The position numbers and the translations under genes were made by a program. DNA of 64,000 bases from Plasmodiophora brassicae (lineage: Eukaryota): NCBI GenBank assembly GCA_036867785.1, contig CP145410.1, positions 124,001 to 188,000 on the forward strand, written 5' to 3'. Below are positions 1 through 12,965 of the stretch, piece after piece. Below the pieces are notes generated by a model. That model was given only the letters and a program-made list of their open reading frames with translations, made no database searches and had not been told where the DNA came from. Numbering within the stretch: position 1 is the stretch's first letter; every line of letters begins with the position of its first letter.

Positions 1-217
<217 letters not shown>

Positions 218-422
218 TCAAGGCAACTCAGAACATCTCCGCTCTGACCTGCCGATTTGTGCCGGGGGAAACTGCATCGCATCGCCGGGCCGGCGCGCCT
301 GTCCGCCCGGTGCGGGTGGGTTAGGGTCATACCTGTTTTTGGAGGGATTGTGAATGTATTGGATATGTTGTCGGTCGTGGCGATCGCCTCGGTCGACAGG
401 GGGGAGGGGGGTCGCCGGCCCG

Positions 423-1538
423 TCACATCATGGGCGCGGAGCCGGGGTAGGTGCTGGCGCGTGTGTTCGGTACCATGGACATATTAACGGGCAGGGCGGT
501 GTCGTCGACAGGGACGGCGCCTGGCCGGGCGAGGACGGGCGGCGGCGGTAGCTTGTTGGCGTCGTAGTACGCGTCCTTGTTGGCGAGGTCGTGGTGGAAT
601 TCGTTGGCGATCGTGTGGTGCTTGCCGAGGTTCGACGCCAGGTTCTGCATCAGTAGTTGTACGACCTGCCTGTCCATGTTGTCCATGCCTCGAAGTTGGT
701 CTACGTGGCCGGTTGCGGATGGGTCGAACAGGCTGCCCAGGAACGAGTAGATCTTCTGAAAGTTCGGCGCCTTATTTGCTGTCCGACCGAATCAGGTCGA
801 CACGTCATGATTGCGCGCCGTTCAACCCGTCTTACCGTCGTTGCCGTCCCCCTTCTTGTCTTCGCTGGAATGGGCAGCGATCGCCTGTTGCAGGTAGAAC
901 TGGGCCTGGCTCAGTTGTTCCTGTTGCAGTTCGGCCAGCTGTTGGCGTTCCCACAGGGCCCACTGCAGGGAGTTGCCGACGGAAGCCTGCTGGATCATGG
1001 GTGTCGTGGCCGGCGCGATTTGATGGACGATGCTGCTGGCGGGAGTTCCGAACGGGTACGCGGCCGCTATGTAATCCGGGCTGCTCATCGGGGAGCCGTT
1101 CGCCAACTGGAAATCGGCGGGCATCTTTGGCTTTGGCCGGTCCCGGACGACCTTCGGGTACGGCTTCTTTGATCGGCGCTTGGGTCTCGGCGGCGGAATG
1201 CAGTCCTGCTTGCCGCTCTTCTGCATCTTGAGGAAGTACTTCTGCGCGTGCGACCTGATCTGTATCACGGTCTTCGTCTTGATGTGCGATTCGATCTGTT
1301 TCCATTCCCGTTCGAACAGCTGCAGCGCTTCGAGGAACAGGTCGTGCTCCTCTTCCGTCCACGATTCTCGAGGCTTCGTTATCGTGTACGGCTTCCTGGC
1401 CTTCTTCTGCTCCTTCTGCGACACCCCGGCGTGAGCCTTCCCGGTTACATGGTGGAGGTGCTCCAGTCTGCTCACCTTCGACTGCTTGCCACTAGATTGG
1501 GTGTCGACCTCTTTGCGGTCGAGGCTATGGTCCGCCAT
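423..1538 (-). CDS. SHAQKYF-class single-repeat MYB transcription factor with C-terminal LCL domain (REVEILLE8-like); 2 exons, intron 779-835
   Basis: [55 protein letters not shown]...PPPRPKRR. Splicing the GT-AG intron joins in frame to [47 protein letters not shown]. Confidence 0.9.
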
Positions 1539-2020
1539 GATGGGCTCCAGTGTCGCTAGGGGCACTGGCGGCGGCCCGCGCGCTAGACGCTAGTGGCACG
1601 GGCGGGTTCGGGTGCGGACAATGCCACCGGCGACCACGACGCGAGGCCCTCGGCTTAGGGCAATTGATTAGGTAAGGCCGGGGATCGAACTGGAGTCCCT
1701 GTGCTCGCTCCCCAGGGGTACCCTTAATAGAGGGTTGATCCGGAAGGAGACGCCCTTGGAGCTCGGGGACGGCCCGGTGCGCTTTGCGGAGCCGGTTGGC
1801 CGGTATGCCGCGCGATCTCGGCCTGTGTCGACCGCGCGTGTGGCACCAACCCTTTGAATCTATTCGTATGCCGCCTTCTTTGACTCGCAGCAGTAGGTCA
1901 GCCCGGTGAGGCGCGGCCAACCCGGGACAAGAAGCGCCGTCCGCCTGCCGGGGATGCAACGCAGGACACCTGCTCGAACTGCACGTGTCACAGCGAGACG
2001 CGAACCTTCTCTGCGGACGG

Positions 2021-2041
2021 CACACACACACACACACACAC
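2021..2041. repeat. (CA)10 microsatellite
   Basis: cacacacacacacacacacac seen directly. Confidence 0.95.
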
Positions 2042-2803
2042 GGTTGAAATCTGATGCGAGATTGCACCCACGCCTCAAACGTATCATGGCATGGGCACGA
2101 GCCCCGCCTCGGTGACGCACGTCCCACCGGATTCGTTGTCGCGTGCCGTCACCCGACAGTGCACTGATGAACCGCAAGCGTGTGCCACGTGGTTACCACT
2201 GCTACACGCGTCGGCGGCACCTGCAATGGCATGCATCCCAGCACGCAATGGAACAGAAGAAACGTTACCGACCGATTAAACCAGCGATCTGATCTGGCCG
2301 CCCGCCCTTCGCCAGGCGATGTTCGCTGGAAGGCTAAAGAGCGAAGGACTGCGTGATTGTGACGTCAGGCTTCACAGCCGGCCGGCCCCGGTGGTGGTGA
2401 GACGCCTATCGAGGCTAACAATGGCTTGGATCGCTAGCCCAGACCAGGTCCTGCGGTCTCTCCTCGACCCATGTGTCGACGAAGCGGTCTGGGTCTCATT
2501 TAGAAGTTTCTGACGCGCTGCGACGACGTGGTGGTTCTTTCCGAGGCGCCGGGCTTTCCCTGGTAGAGTACTGCACGAACCTGGTCCCAGCGACGACGTC
2601 GGAGCATACATAAACGTAGAGCATGGAATGCATGATGCTGTTGTATTGCGTATTCCAGAGAACGGCAACCTATCAGTACTGCAGTCATTTGACATCAGAA
2701 GTCAATTCGATTGGACGTGAACGCGGTGGCGCAGGTTCCTACACAGTTCAGCCCATGAGGCCACCTGTTCGCCTCCATTATCACACACGACAACGCTTGT
2801 TCC

Positions 2804-5077
2804 TTACGTGGCAATGTGACTGTCTCTGTCCCAGCTTTTGCAGACTGAATTCCCAATGAGGACCCTGGACATATTGGTTCACCAACACGAAACCCAACCC
2901 GATGAGACATAATGCATACAGCTTCTGCAGTGATGACAATCCCAGGAACGCGCCGTTCGCGATGGACGATATCCGGTTGCAGCTCAAATTTCTGTGTGCT
3001 ATAAAGTCAGGCAGCCGCGATCCAACAGAGGAACGGTAGAGCGCGCAGGTACAGACAGTGTCTGTAGCGACGACAGCCCCTGGAAGGAATATTCGCCAAC
3101 CGCTGAGATCTGATTCCCGGTCAAATCCCTGCTGTCCCTTCAGATGGCCTTATCCGTTTGGCAATGCAGGCCCAACATACAGCCACTGCAGAAACGACAA
3201 GTCGCCGAAGGCGCCGTTCCCGATCGCGGAAATCCGATTGCCGCCTAGGCCCCTGTACGCGGGTGAGACAATGGCGATCCATTTGGCAGGGAGGAACAGG
3301 GGCGTACAGAGCCTGCAGCGAGGGCAGCGTCGCGAAGGTGGCCTTGGAGATGGTCGAGATCTGATTACCGCTCAAACACCTGTGTAGCAACGTTCAGCAA
3401 TCGCGATCCAGGTTGGCATGGGGCACGACGGCGCCTACAGACGGTGCACTGATAGCAATCCGTCGAAGGCGCCATCCGCGATCGTGGAGATCACGTTGTC
3501 GTACAGAATCCTGTGCCGCAGTCAGGTCAGGGCCACGATGAACCCATTGCAGATAGGCACAGCGAATGCATACAGCGATTGCAGCGACGACAGCGTCGCG
3601 AAGGCGCCCTTCCCGATCGCAGAGATTCGGTTTCCGTTCAAATAGCTGCCGACCAGCCGTCAGGCGACGTTGATCTGTACTTTCCAGGCGGCTGCAGTGA
3701 CGTCACATACAGGTACTGCAGAGACACCAGGGGCGCGAAGCAGACATCCACGACCGACCTGAGCTGGTTGCCGCTCAGATCCCTGCAGCGCACATGTCAG
3801 GCAATCGCGACCGATCGGCGGGCATGCACGTCGAAGGCACGCTTACAGCTGCTGCAACGAAGGCAATCCGTCGAAGGCGTTCTCCGCAATCGTCGAGATC
3901 TGATTATCGCCTAACAACCTGCGCCCCAGTCAGACAACCGCAAACCAACGGCAGGGCAGGCATACAATGCATGCAGCGATGGCATTCCTGCGAAGGTGCC
4001 GTCGGCGATCGCCCCGAGCTGATTGCCGCTCAAATTTCTGGGTAACTCTCATCAGACGATTGCGATCCACCGACAGCACGAGCCGCGACGCTTACAGCAC
4101 TCGCAGCAGCGCCAGTCCATCGAAGGCACCGCGTGAAATTGCTGAGATCTGGTTACCACCGAGGTTCCTGTACTGCAGTCAGAAGAAGGTGGCGATCTCC
4201 GATAAGCCGGCAGACGTACAGCTCCTGGAGAGACGAAAACCGTTCGAACGTGAACTGCCCAAGCACTGATTCAATAGAGTTCCGACTTAGATCCCTGCGC
4301 GCGGCCAGCAATCAGACCACGCCGTCCCACGCGCGACACAAACGATTCGAGATCAGCGTACACAATCTGCACCGATGAGACGTGCAGATTCGCAAACCAT
4401 TCCGAATGCAGGCAGCCCCAGATAGACTGGAGAGGGCAAATGAGCTCGCTGTCCGACAACCCTGACTGGCACTTATCCTGGAAGTTCATCAACGCCATTT
4501 GGGAAACGAACGTCTTGATGAACCAGACAGGCAGTTCAGGGACTCCAAGCCTACACGTGCGCCGGGTCATTGTCAGCGTGCGCCTAGGCAGTGAATGAGG
4601 CCAGGTGTACGTTTCAGAGTACTGCTCCAGTTGCTGTTTGACTGTCGTCGATGAGCACTGGTCGTCTGCGACCGAGATGGACTGCCCGATTGTCGAGCAG
4701 ATGCGCCCAAGGGTACAGTTCGCCTGTAAGTAATCGAGGGCTGTCACCATTCCGAGCAGCGCGGAATGGTCGAAATCGGATGGCACGTGATCGCTGCCCA
4801 GCGTTTCGATCATCTGCGTCGGTACGCCATGGTCAGTTCAGAAGTGACCTTCGACGACGACGTTACACAGGCGTACCGGGTCCAACAGCTCCGCGTCGAC
4901 AGGAACACGAACTCGGACGTCGCCCTCGGTGCCGACACAAAAGTCGACCATGGCTTGTATCAGCGCGCAGCGCTGGGCGACGCTCATGGGGATGGCGCGT
5001 CTGATGCCGTTGTTGCCTTCCAGGTAAATGGCAACGGGGTCGCGCGTCAGCTGAGCAGCGCACGCGCTCTCGTCCAT
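2804..5077 (-). CDS. Multi-exon leucine-rich repeat protein with N-terminal Skp1/POZ-like segment; about 11 single-LRR exons; boundaries approximate
   Basis: Repeated ~72-nt exons such as LSGNQISTISKATFATLPSLQAL, LGGNRISAIGNGAFGDLSFLQWL and NLSCNRISSIANGAFLGLSSLQKL, separated by short introns. N-terminal IYLEGNNGIRRAIPMSVAQRCALIQAMVD resembles Skp1/POZ. Confidence 0.8.
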
Positions 5078-5710
5078 GGTCCTGTTCAGGCGCGTTTAGG
5101 GATTGCAAATGCCAAGCAGACCGGTTGACCACTACAATCAGCAGGTGACCGAAAAGCTGCTGCGCTGGGAACCGGCTGCTGTTGATTTTCGCGAGAGCCC
5201 GACTCACAGAAATAGACCTGACGCCAAATCGGGATCGGGGCTTCCGCTGACGCGTGCGCAACGTTGGCGAGGGCGCCACGAACGCCACATACTCATTCCG
5301 AGTACGAACGCATCCTGCGACATTGGCTATGGGACGCCGCCAACGGGCGTCGTTCGATCTCCCGGCGTCGTCTGTTCCGGCTCCGCTCCTTCAGCCATGG
5401 CATGGTGAGGAGGAGGGTGGGGCACGAACCGCATCCGGGATATGGTGCGCCCCACAATACAATTTGGTCGCGCGCTGCCACGTGTCGCTGCTCCCATGAA
5501 CCGCAGTCGCCCGCGTGGAAGACATGTCAAGGTACCGGAACAGCTGGGCCGTCTGACCTGCCGCCGGCGATACGTTCGTCAGACGGTCGACGTGCCGGAG
5601 GAGGAGGAGGTTGCGTCGGCCGGGCAACAACGCCGTGGGAGGCGGGTGAGGGGCGACGTCCATTGGGCGACGTTGCCGGGCCGCCACCGGGGGGTGCCGG
5701 CGCGTGAGAG

Positions 5711-8355
5711 ATGCCGATCGAGGCGCTGACCGTCGAGTTCGTCGACGGCCTCGCGCGAACGTACCCGCACGTCGACACGATCGACCTGTCGCACAATCGT
5801 ACGGGCGGTGTTGTGTCAACGCATACACACACACGCGGCCGGTGTTCCGCCCGGTCGTCTGACATGGCGACACGCTCGCTGGGTAGGCATATCGCGGATC
5901 GAGAACCTGGACCCGCTGACCAACCTGGTCTCGCTGGACCTGTCCAACAACCGCATCGGCGTCCTTGGCAATTTGCAGGCGCTGCACCGTCTACGATCCG
6001 TCAATGTCGCGTGCAACCGAATGTACGTGTCGTCGTCGTCGTCGTCGTCGGGTGTGCTGGTTCCCAACACCCGTGCGCGCATGTAGAACGGATATCGACG
6101 CGTCCGTCGGCAACCTGCACCATCTGGAAGAGCTCGACCTTGGACATAACTTCATCGCGCAACTGTCGGCCTTGGCCCCGCTTGCCCGTCTTCCCGGCCT
6201 GAGGTCGCTGGTGCTGGAGGGGAACCCCATCTGCTCAGATAGGTCCATCCCAGGCGCTGGTTGCTCCGCGTGCCCCCCAACTCACCTCGCGCTCGTCAGG
6301 CACTATCGTCATCGTACCGTATCGTTATTGCCGCAATTGCAGGCCCTTGATGGTCGCCCAGTTCTCGTCGTCGAACGCCTCGGTGCACCAACGGTGTCAC
6401 CACCACGTGCGACATCCATGTCGCCGGATCGCCAGCCTACGTCTCGTCCTGCTCCGTCATTCTCGACTCGTTTACCGTCGAAGTCGGCTGCATCGGATAA
6501 CGACGCGGCCATGAAGGCTTACCTTGGGCGGCGCCTCGGGGAGAGACCCGCACCGTCACCGCCTGTCAGAAAGCATCAGGACGAGAGAGAAAGCCTGAGG
6601 CGGCAGGTCGCGCTGCGTGACATTCAAATTGCTAGCTTCGAGAAGATGTTCGACATGCAACAGCGTCTCGAGGGCGAAGGCCGGGACCTTCTAACCGGGT
6701 GGCGAGGGAAAGTGTTCGAACTGCTCGTTCAGCTGAAATCGCTCCAGATGGAGTTGAAATCTGTAGAACGGGCCCACGAATCGTACGCGTTGCGCTAGCG
6801 CATCGTTGGACATCGCTGACGTTTGCGCATGGAAAGGAGGCAGCAAGAAGCGTCGTCCGAGTGTGTATCGCTTCGTGCTCGGATAGATATGCTGAACAGC
6901 ATTCTAGAGAATCAGATGGCTGAAAACGAGCTTCTCATGGCAAGAAAGAAGGTATGGTCCTGTTCATCGACGGACGTAACGTTTGACGTCATCGATTTCC
7001 TGCAGGGTGCGGATGATGCTTTAGCGACTGAGGCGAATCGTGTCCAAGAAATGTTGCTTGACCGTCAGCGCCGCAAAGAAAGCGACTTGGCGCTCAAGAA
7101 GACAATTTGGCAGTTGTTCCTTTGTAGCCAACGCTCCGATCAACGGTTCAACGACGTATTTGACGAACTCGAGGGCTTCTCCCAGCGCATCCACTTTGCG
7201 CTTTCCCGAATTGCCATTGTCAGCGGTATGGCGTCATGGACTGCGCTGCACACTTTAGTCGCTACTAACTTGGGTCGTTTAGAGGTGTTCAAGCGGAAGC
7301 TGGATGATAGGAGCGAGGGCGGGTCGGACGTCATCAATTTCGGTGGCTTTAGCAGTGGCAGGTCCACTCCTGACGCGCCCCGGGTCCAGAGCTTGAAGCT
7401 CGAGATTGATCGTCTTAACCAAGAGTTGGTCGCGCGATGCTGCGATTCCCGCTCCTGGACTCAGCTTGGCCAACAGACGATCATCGCTTATCAATCAGAT
7501 CAGCGAGATAGGCCGGCGTGACCAGACTGCAGTCAAGCGACTAGAGCAAAGGTGCCAGGTACTCTCTGAAGAGCGAGACTCGGCACTACGCCAAGTCATT
7601 GACGCGAATAAGACCCAGGCCGCTCTGGAAGAGGTTTGCAATGGGCCACAGTGGCGGATTGATTGGTGCTGATTCGTTAATGTAGAGGGCGGACGTTCTT
7701 GAAAGGCGTCTGGAAGAGCAGCGTCAGCTGCTGCTGACAGAGCGGGAACAGGTCCAGAAAGAAATATCCGAACTTCGCAACGAGCGTGCCGCCTGGCTGG
7801 CGGAACGTTCGACGTTGCAGGCAAAATATGACAACTGCCTGCTGGATGCTGCGACGCAACTGGACTGTGTTTGCTCCGCTATGCACCATCAGCGTGCTGA
7901 TTGGGCGAGCGAACGCGAAGCCCTTCTTCAAGAGCTTCGTCGTTCTGCTTCCGTGGCACATGAAATGGCATCGGATGTCGCCACTGCTCAAGCTGCCAGC
8001 GCTGTTCGCCTGTTTGAAAACGAGCGCCAGATTGAGCAACGCGATGAGATCATCTGCTCTATGACGAGATCCCGTCATGAATTGCTGGTTAGCGGGCGCA
8101 GCGGTCCAGTTGATTGGATTCGGTTCTGAACGAATCGTATAGGAAATGATGGAAGACATGTGCCAGCAGTTGAAGCTGGAGCCCGGAAACGAACCAGTGC
8201 ATGCTGCTACCCTTGCTGATGCTGCACATCAAACCGATCCGATCAGCGTCGCGTCAGTTGGTACGAATACGTTGCCAGCGGCAGATGACGCGTCGCATCG
8301 TCAACAGAGACTACGACGGCTGGCTGAACGTGCATCAGTGCTCCTGGAACAATGA
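5711..8355 (+). CDS. LRR plus long coiled-coil protein with a CCHCR1/HCR-like motif; multi-exon
   Basis: SDS22-type LRRs (ISRIENLDPLTNLVSLDLSNNRI; LEELDLGHNFI; LVLEGNPIC..YRHRTVSLLPQLQALDG LRR cap), then coiled-coil exons including LLTGWRGKVFELLVQLKSLQME. Confidence 0.75.
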
Positions 8356-8414
8356 TCTCTACACGATTGTATTCTATTGTCTAAGCTACGGGCCAAACGG
8401 GGCACTGGTTGATT

Positions 8415-10372
8415 TCATGAAGGTGGCACATCTCCGTCAGAAGCCTGGGCAGGAGTGATGACCTGGGTCCTCCAGGGTCGGCGTCGCTGGGGAGTCCGCT
8501 TGCGCCTGCGCCGCCATCTCATGGAACCAGCGGGGTGCGGCCTGGCCGCACTGGTCCAAGACTTTCGCCAGGGCGGGAAGTAGCGGGATACAGGACTCAC
8601 CAAGCAGAGCGTGTGCCGATCCGCCTGCGGCCAGACGCGTGCGGCGGACGTACGAATCTGCATGAAGGTAAACCGCGGCGCCACATCACAGTTCGTAGCA
8701 CACGCCTGACCAATGTTCGTCGGCATGTCGAAGTTAACAACAAGGTCGACCTGTCAAGAGCTGTCATCAACTTTCGAGCGGCAACCTTAGCCGTGCTGAC
8801 CTTCGAGAACTGCTCGAAAACGTGGCTGGCAACATCTGTGGCGACCAGCATGGGAAGTTTTCCGTCTAAAAATATGCTGAGTGCCAGGTCGCGATCTTCC
8901 TGAAGGCGGCCGCCGTGCAGGCCTGCAACGTCGACGCCTTGCTCCTGAAGCCATTTGCATAGAGTATCCGCTGTGCGTTTGGTCGCGACGAACACTAGAG
9001 TGCGGGAACCGGGTTTGAGCTTCCTGTACACCGTTAGCAGCGCGCGACGCTATACAGGACAAATGTCACTCTCCAGGGTATTGTAGGTGTCGCAAGCCGT
9101 ATTACCCTGTGCAAGTCATCACGGACGAATTCCACTGTTTGGCTGATGCCAATACAGGAGACAGTTGTGTCTGCAGCAATGTAGACGTAATCGTTCTACA
9201 GCACGAGAGCCGTCAACCAGACAGCCTGGTGGTTACACTACCGCGTACCAGGAGGCTGTCGCAGAACGATTCTAAGCGCCGTGGAAACGCCTTGGTGTAC
9301 GCAAGCGTCTGGTGTTTCCCATCGATCATGCCTTCGAAGCTGACGATCCGTCTCAACTTGAGCTGAAGGCCGATATTGCTCTGTTTGACGCAAAGTTACC
9401 TAACCGAACAGCACCCGTAACCACCAACGCTAGGCAGCATATACCATATGGCCAGCTTCCCATAGAATCAGGACAGCAACATCGCCTAACGCAATGTAAC
9501 CTCGTTCCAGAAAGTCCATCAGTCGGCCAGTCGTTGCGACGAGGACGTCACATCCGCGCTGCAGTGCTTGCAGCTGAGGGCGACTGTCTTCCGCACCACG
9601 AATCAGAACTGCGCTGCATCCAGCTCGTCTCGTCTTTCGATTCGTGTCCTGAATCGATCATTAGCGCCTGTGACAGCAGTGAACGGGGACAGGTTTGTAC
9701 CTCAAAAAGACGCTCAGCCACCTCTTTCGTTGGTGCCAGGATCAGCACGCTCGGAGAAGCGACCTTGCTCATACGGGTGCGTTGGCTGATCGTGCCAGTC
9801 GAATTCATATAATCGGCTGGCCCGGCAGTGCGACGCTGATAGTACGTCTGCTGTGCAGGGCGCTCGAAGGCGTTGCGCTGGTTCACTAGACGCTGGAGAA
9901 TCGGCGTCAACAACGATGAAACGGCGACCTTTTCGTTCTGGGTACAGACAACGACGTTGCCACCTTGCTGAATGGCAGACAGTGCGGCGAGCTGGATTGG
10001 GTCGGTTGCACGTGGCGGTAAATTCTGTCGGTTATGTTGCGTCAAGCCCATGCCGCTGCGGTCAAACGGCGCCACTCCGGATCGGGACTGGCTTCGCGAC
10101 TCCACTTTTACCCCCTCGATCTTCAATGCCGGTAAATTCATTGGCAGGGCGTTGGGACTCATGCCAGTCGGCGCCATCGGCGTCGGCACGGGCGACGGCT
10201 TCGACAGAGGCCACATCTTGAACGTCGACGCGGTCGGCGCCAGGTTCGTGATCTGCTGCAGCGGTGGCCGTTGCGGGCGCCGAATCACGTTGCGTTCATC
10301 GCCGGCGGCGCCGCGCTGCGCCGGCTGGTAGACCAGCGCCTCGAACGCATCCGCCAGGGCGTGCACCTCCAT
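8415..10372 (-). CDS. DEAD-box (Ded1/DDX3/Vasa-like) helicase-fold protein with degenerate catalytic motifs; multi-exon; 3' end approximate
   Basis: VLILAPTKEVA (Ia), CDVLVATTGRLMDFLERG (Ib), TLVFVATKRTADTL (IV), LHGGRLQEDRDLAL, MLVATDVAS (V), FDMPTNI. Confidence 0.85.
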
Positions 10373-10460
10373 GACCACTCCACTGATGTGATCCCCACCA
10401 CACCGTTATCCAAATGACGCTCCGTTGCAGCTCACACTGTGGCTACGTGGGGTGCCGGTG

Positions 10461-10484
10461 CCCCCCCCCCCCCCCCCCCCCCCC
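10461..10484. repeat. Poly-C (C24) tract in the divergent intergenic region
   Basis: 24 consecutive C seen directly. Confidence 0.9.
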
Positions 10485-10653
10485 GAATGGTGCATTTTTG
10501 GACGCACACTGTCGTGCACCGCTTTGCAGTTATGACCCGTCGACAACGTTTCATCGCCGATGACTGCGACGAGTACGACTGGCTGGTCAGCGGCCGTGTC
10601 GTTTTTGTGGGCATTTCGTTACGGGTTGGCGCGCGCCATCCGTGTCGGTCGTG

Positions 10654-12064
10654 ATGCCGTCGTCGGCCTTAGGAGCAGCGGCAGCGGCGTATGCGGCGCG
10701 GGCGGACCGGCCACGTCGCGTGACGCGCCTGTCGGCGAACCTGACCGCACTGGCGGCGATCGGCGAGCCGTCGCCGGCGACGTCGCACAAAGAGCGGCCG
10801 CCGTCGCCGAAGCGATGGACACGGGAGACGCCCGGCGGCGTCGATGAAGACGGGACGATTCATCGGCCCGGTTCGCCGCTTAGGCTGTCGTCGTCGTACC
10901 TTGACCAAGCTGGTTCGAGGCAGTTCATGAGGAAGGTGTCCGGCGCGCGGTATACGAACGCGTTGCTCTACGGGTACCACATGCTTCTCGCCGTTAGGAT
11001 TACGCGTGCTGACGTGTCCAATCAGGTTGCTTCTGCTTCCACTGTTTGTCGTTGTCTTCCAAACGGCGTGGTGGCATATGCCGCGGCAGTCGGCATCGCA
11101 TGAGGGCCAGACGGCGTCGTTCCCTGGCGCTCTCGACGAACAGCAACTGCAGAGTCTGCAAGCGGACCGCGACGCTGCCGTGCGATTGTCGAAGAGCGTT
11201 ACTGACCTGGCCAGGCGCCACGATAACGCTGTCCTCCAGCTGAGCAACGTCAACGCTGAACTGCAAAAGACGATCGAATCGCAACAGGCGGTCATTGCCA
11301 CGCTCCAAGAGCGCCTGACTGCCGTTGAGAAGCGTCCCGTTGCTACTGGAGATACCGCCGATGGCGTTCGTCAACTTCGGTCCGACATTGCGAGACAGTC
11401 GGTTGCGGCTGACGCAAGGCTATCTGCGATTGATTCGCGACTTGACGCGCTGTCGACAGCCAGGACCGTTGCTGCCGCGTCGCATTCTTCCAGCGGATCC
11501 AGCGCTGACATTGACCGCGCTCTATATCGGTTCATGGCGGACAAGACCGAACTCGTCGACTTTGCCTTGGAGCTCACCGGCGGCAGCGTTCTTTCGGTCA
11601 GCGGCACGCACCGTATGCCGATGTTCTCGTCGGGACTGCTGTCGAAGTTCCTATTCATGTACCCGGCACGCAGCGAGAAGGAACTGCTGCGTCCGGATAT
11701 GACGCCGGGAAGATGCTGGCCGATGGCCGGGCGCTCTGGATGGGTACACATTGGCCTGTCCGCTGCCATCTATCCGACTGCTGTCACCGTTGAACATGTT
11801 GCACCTGAGATCGCGCCCAACTTCGAGACCGCCCCGAAGCTCTTCTCCGTATACGCAGTCAGCATCGCCGGCGTGCACGAACAGACGCGCCTCGGGTCGT
11901 TCGAGTACGTCAAACCTGGGCCAGGTGTTGCGCCCGTCGTCCAGACATTCGAGTTCAGTTCCCTGGTGTCGTCACCGGTCACCTCCGTCAACTTCACGGT
12001 CGAGGACAACTTCGGCGGCGATTACACGTGCCTGTATCGCGTCCGCGTACATGGACACACCTGA
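10654..12064 (+). CDS. SUN-domain nuclear envelope protein (TM, coiled coil, C-terminal SUN); one probable intron near 10974-11025
   Basis: DFALELTGGSVL...PGRCWPMAG...VTVEHV...TAPKLFSV...NFGGDYTCLYRVRVHG SUN signature; upstream hydrophobic segment LLLLPLFVVVFQTAWW. Confidence 0.92.
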
Positions 12065-12132
12065 CCGTCGCACCGTGCATATATAGATTAAAAACTAGAG
12101 AGTCGGATACGATGGCGCCAGGCACGTAACAG

Positions 12133-12893
12133 TCACTTGTTATTGGGTGCCGGCCGTGCGGGACGCTTCCTTCGGTTGTGCTCCAGAACGAGCGGCTCGA
12201 GTTTGGGCGATTCACGATCCAGCCACGGCAACTGTGGCACAGACGCCCGTTGCAGCAAAGGAGGCAGCACGGCCTGTGTAGCTGGTTGAGATGCCTGCAG
12301 TCAGGTATCAGTACCTGCCAACTGGATCAGGCAGCAGCGGCAGTCACCCTGAATGCCAGGGCTAAGGCCGTCGTCCTGCCGACGCACTGCCCCAGTCGCG
12401 TGCTCGGGCAGGCAACGGCAACGCACGCGACGTTCTGGACCGCACACATGACAACCAGGTGTTCCGATAGATGTGCTGGAGTGACATCCTGGCAGAGGAC
12501 CACGACAGCGATGCTCTTGGCGTCTGCAACGCGATCAGTAACGACGTACAGCAGACCCGGCGTCGTTTCACTACAATTTTCCATTGCTTTGGTTACAGCA
12601 TTTAAGCCGACGACAACAGCAGCACGCCGATCATCTTTGCTGGCCGACTGCAGTGCCGTTTGCAGATCATTCAGCAGGGACGCATCGCAAGCGGTCAGGT
12701 GCGTCTTGATGGCCAGCGGCGACTTGAACGACAACTTCATCGTCGCCGCCGCCGCCCCCTTCTTCATCTTCGTCATCGTGCGCGCCTTGCCGGCGACGAC
12801 CGCCGCCTTCTGCGTCCCCGCCTTCGCGTTCATCGCCCCGGCCCGGCCGGCAACGACCGTCGCCTTCTTCGGTGCCGCTGTCTTCGCATGCAT
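12133..12893 (-). CDS. L7Ae/L30e-family RNA-binding protein (RNase P/MRP Rpp38/Pop3-like); 2 exons
   Basis: VVVGLNAVTKAME...VVVLCQDVTPAHLSEHLVVMC...TRLGQCVG L7Ae pattern; Lys/Ala-rich N-terminus; last exon ..VPQLPWL..RPAPNNK*. Confidence 0.7.
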
Positions 12894-12965
12894 TACTGCG
12901 CCGCAACCCGTAGCCGAATCGGCGTTACGAATCCGAACCAGACTGTATTGGTTGGCAGGTGCAGT

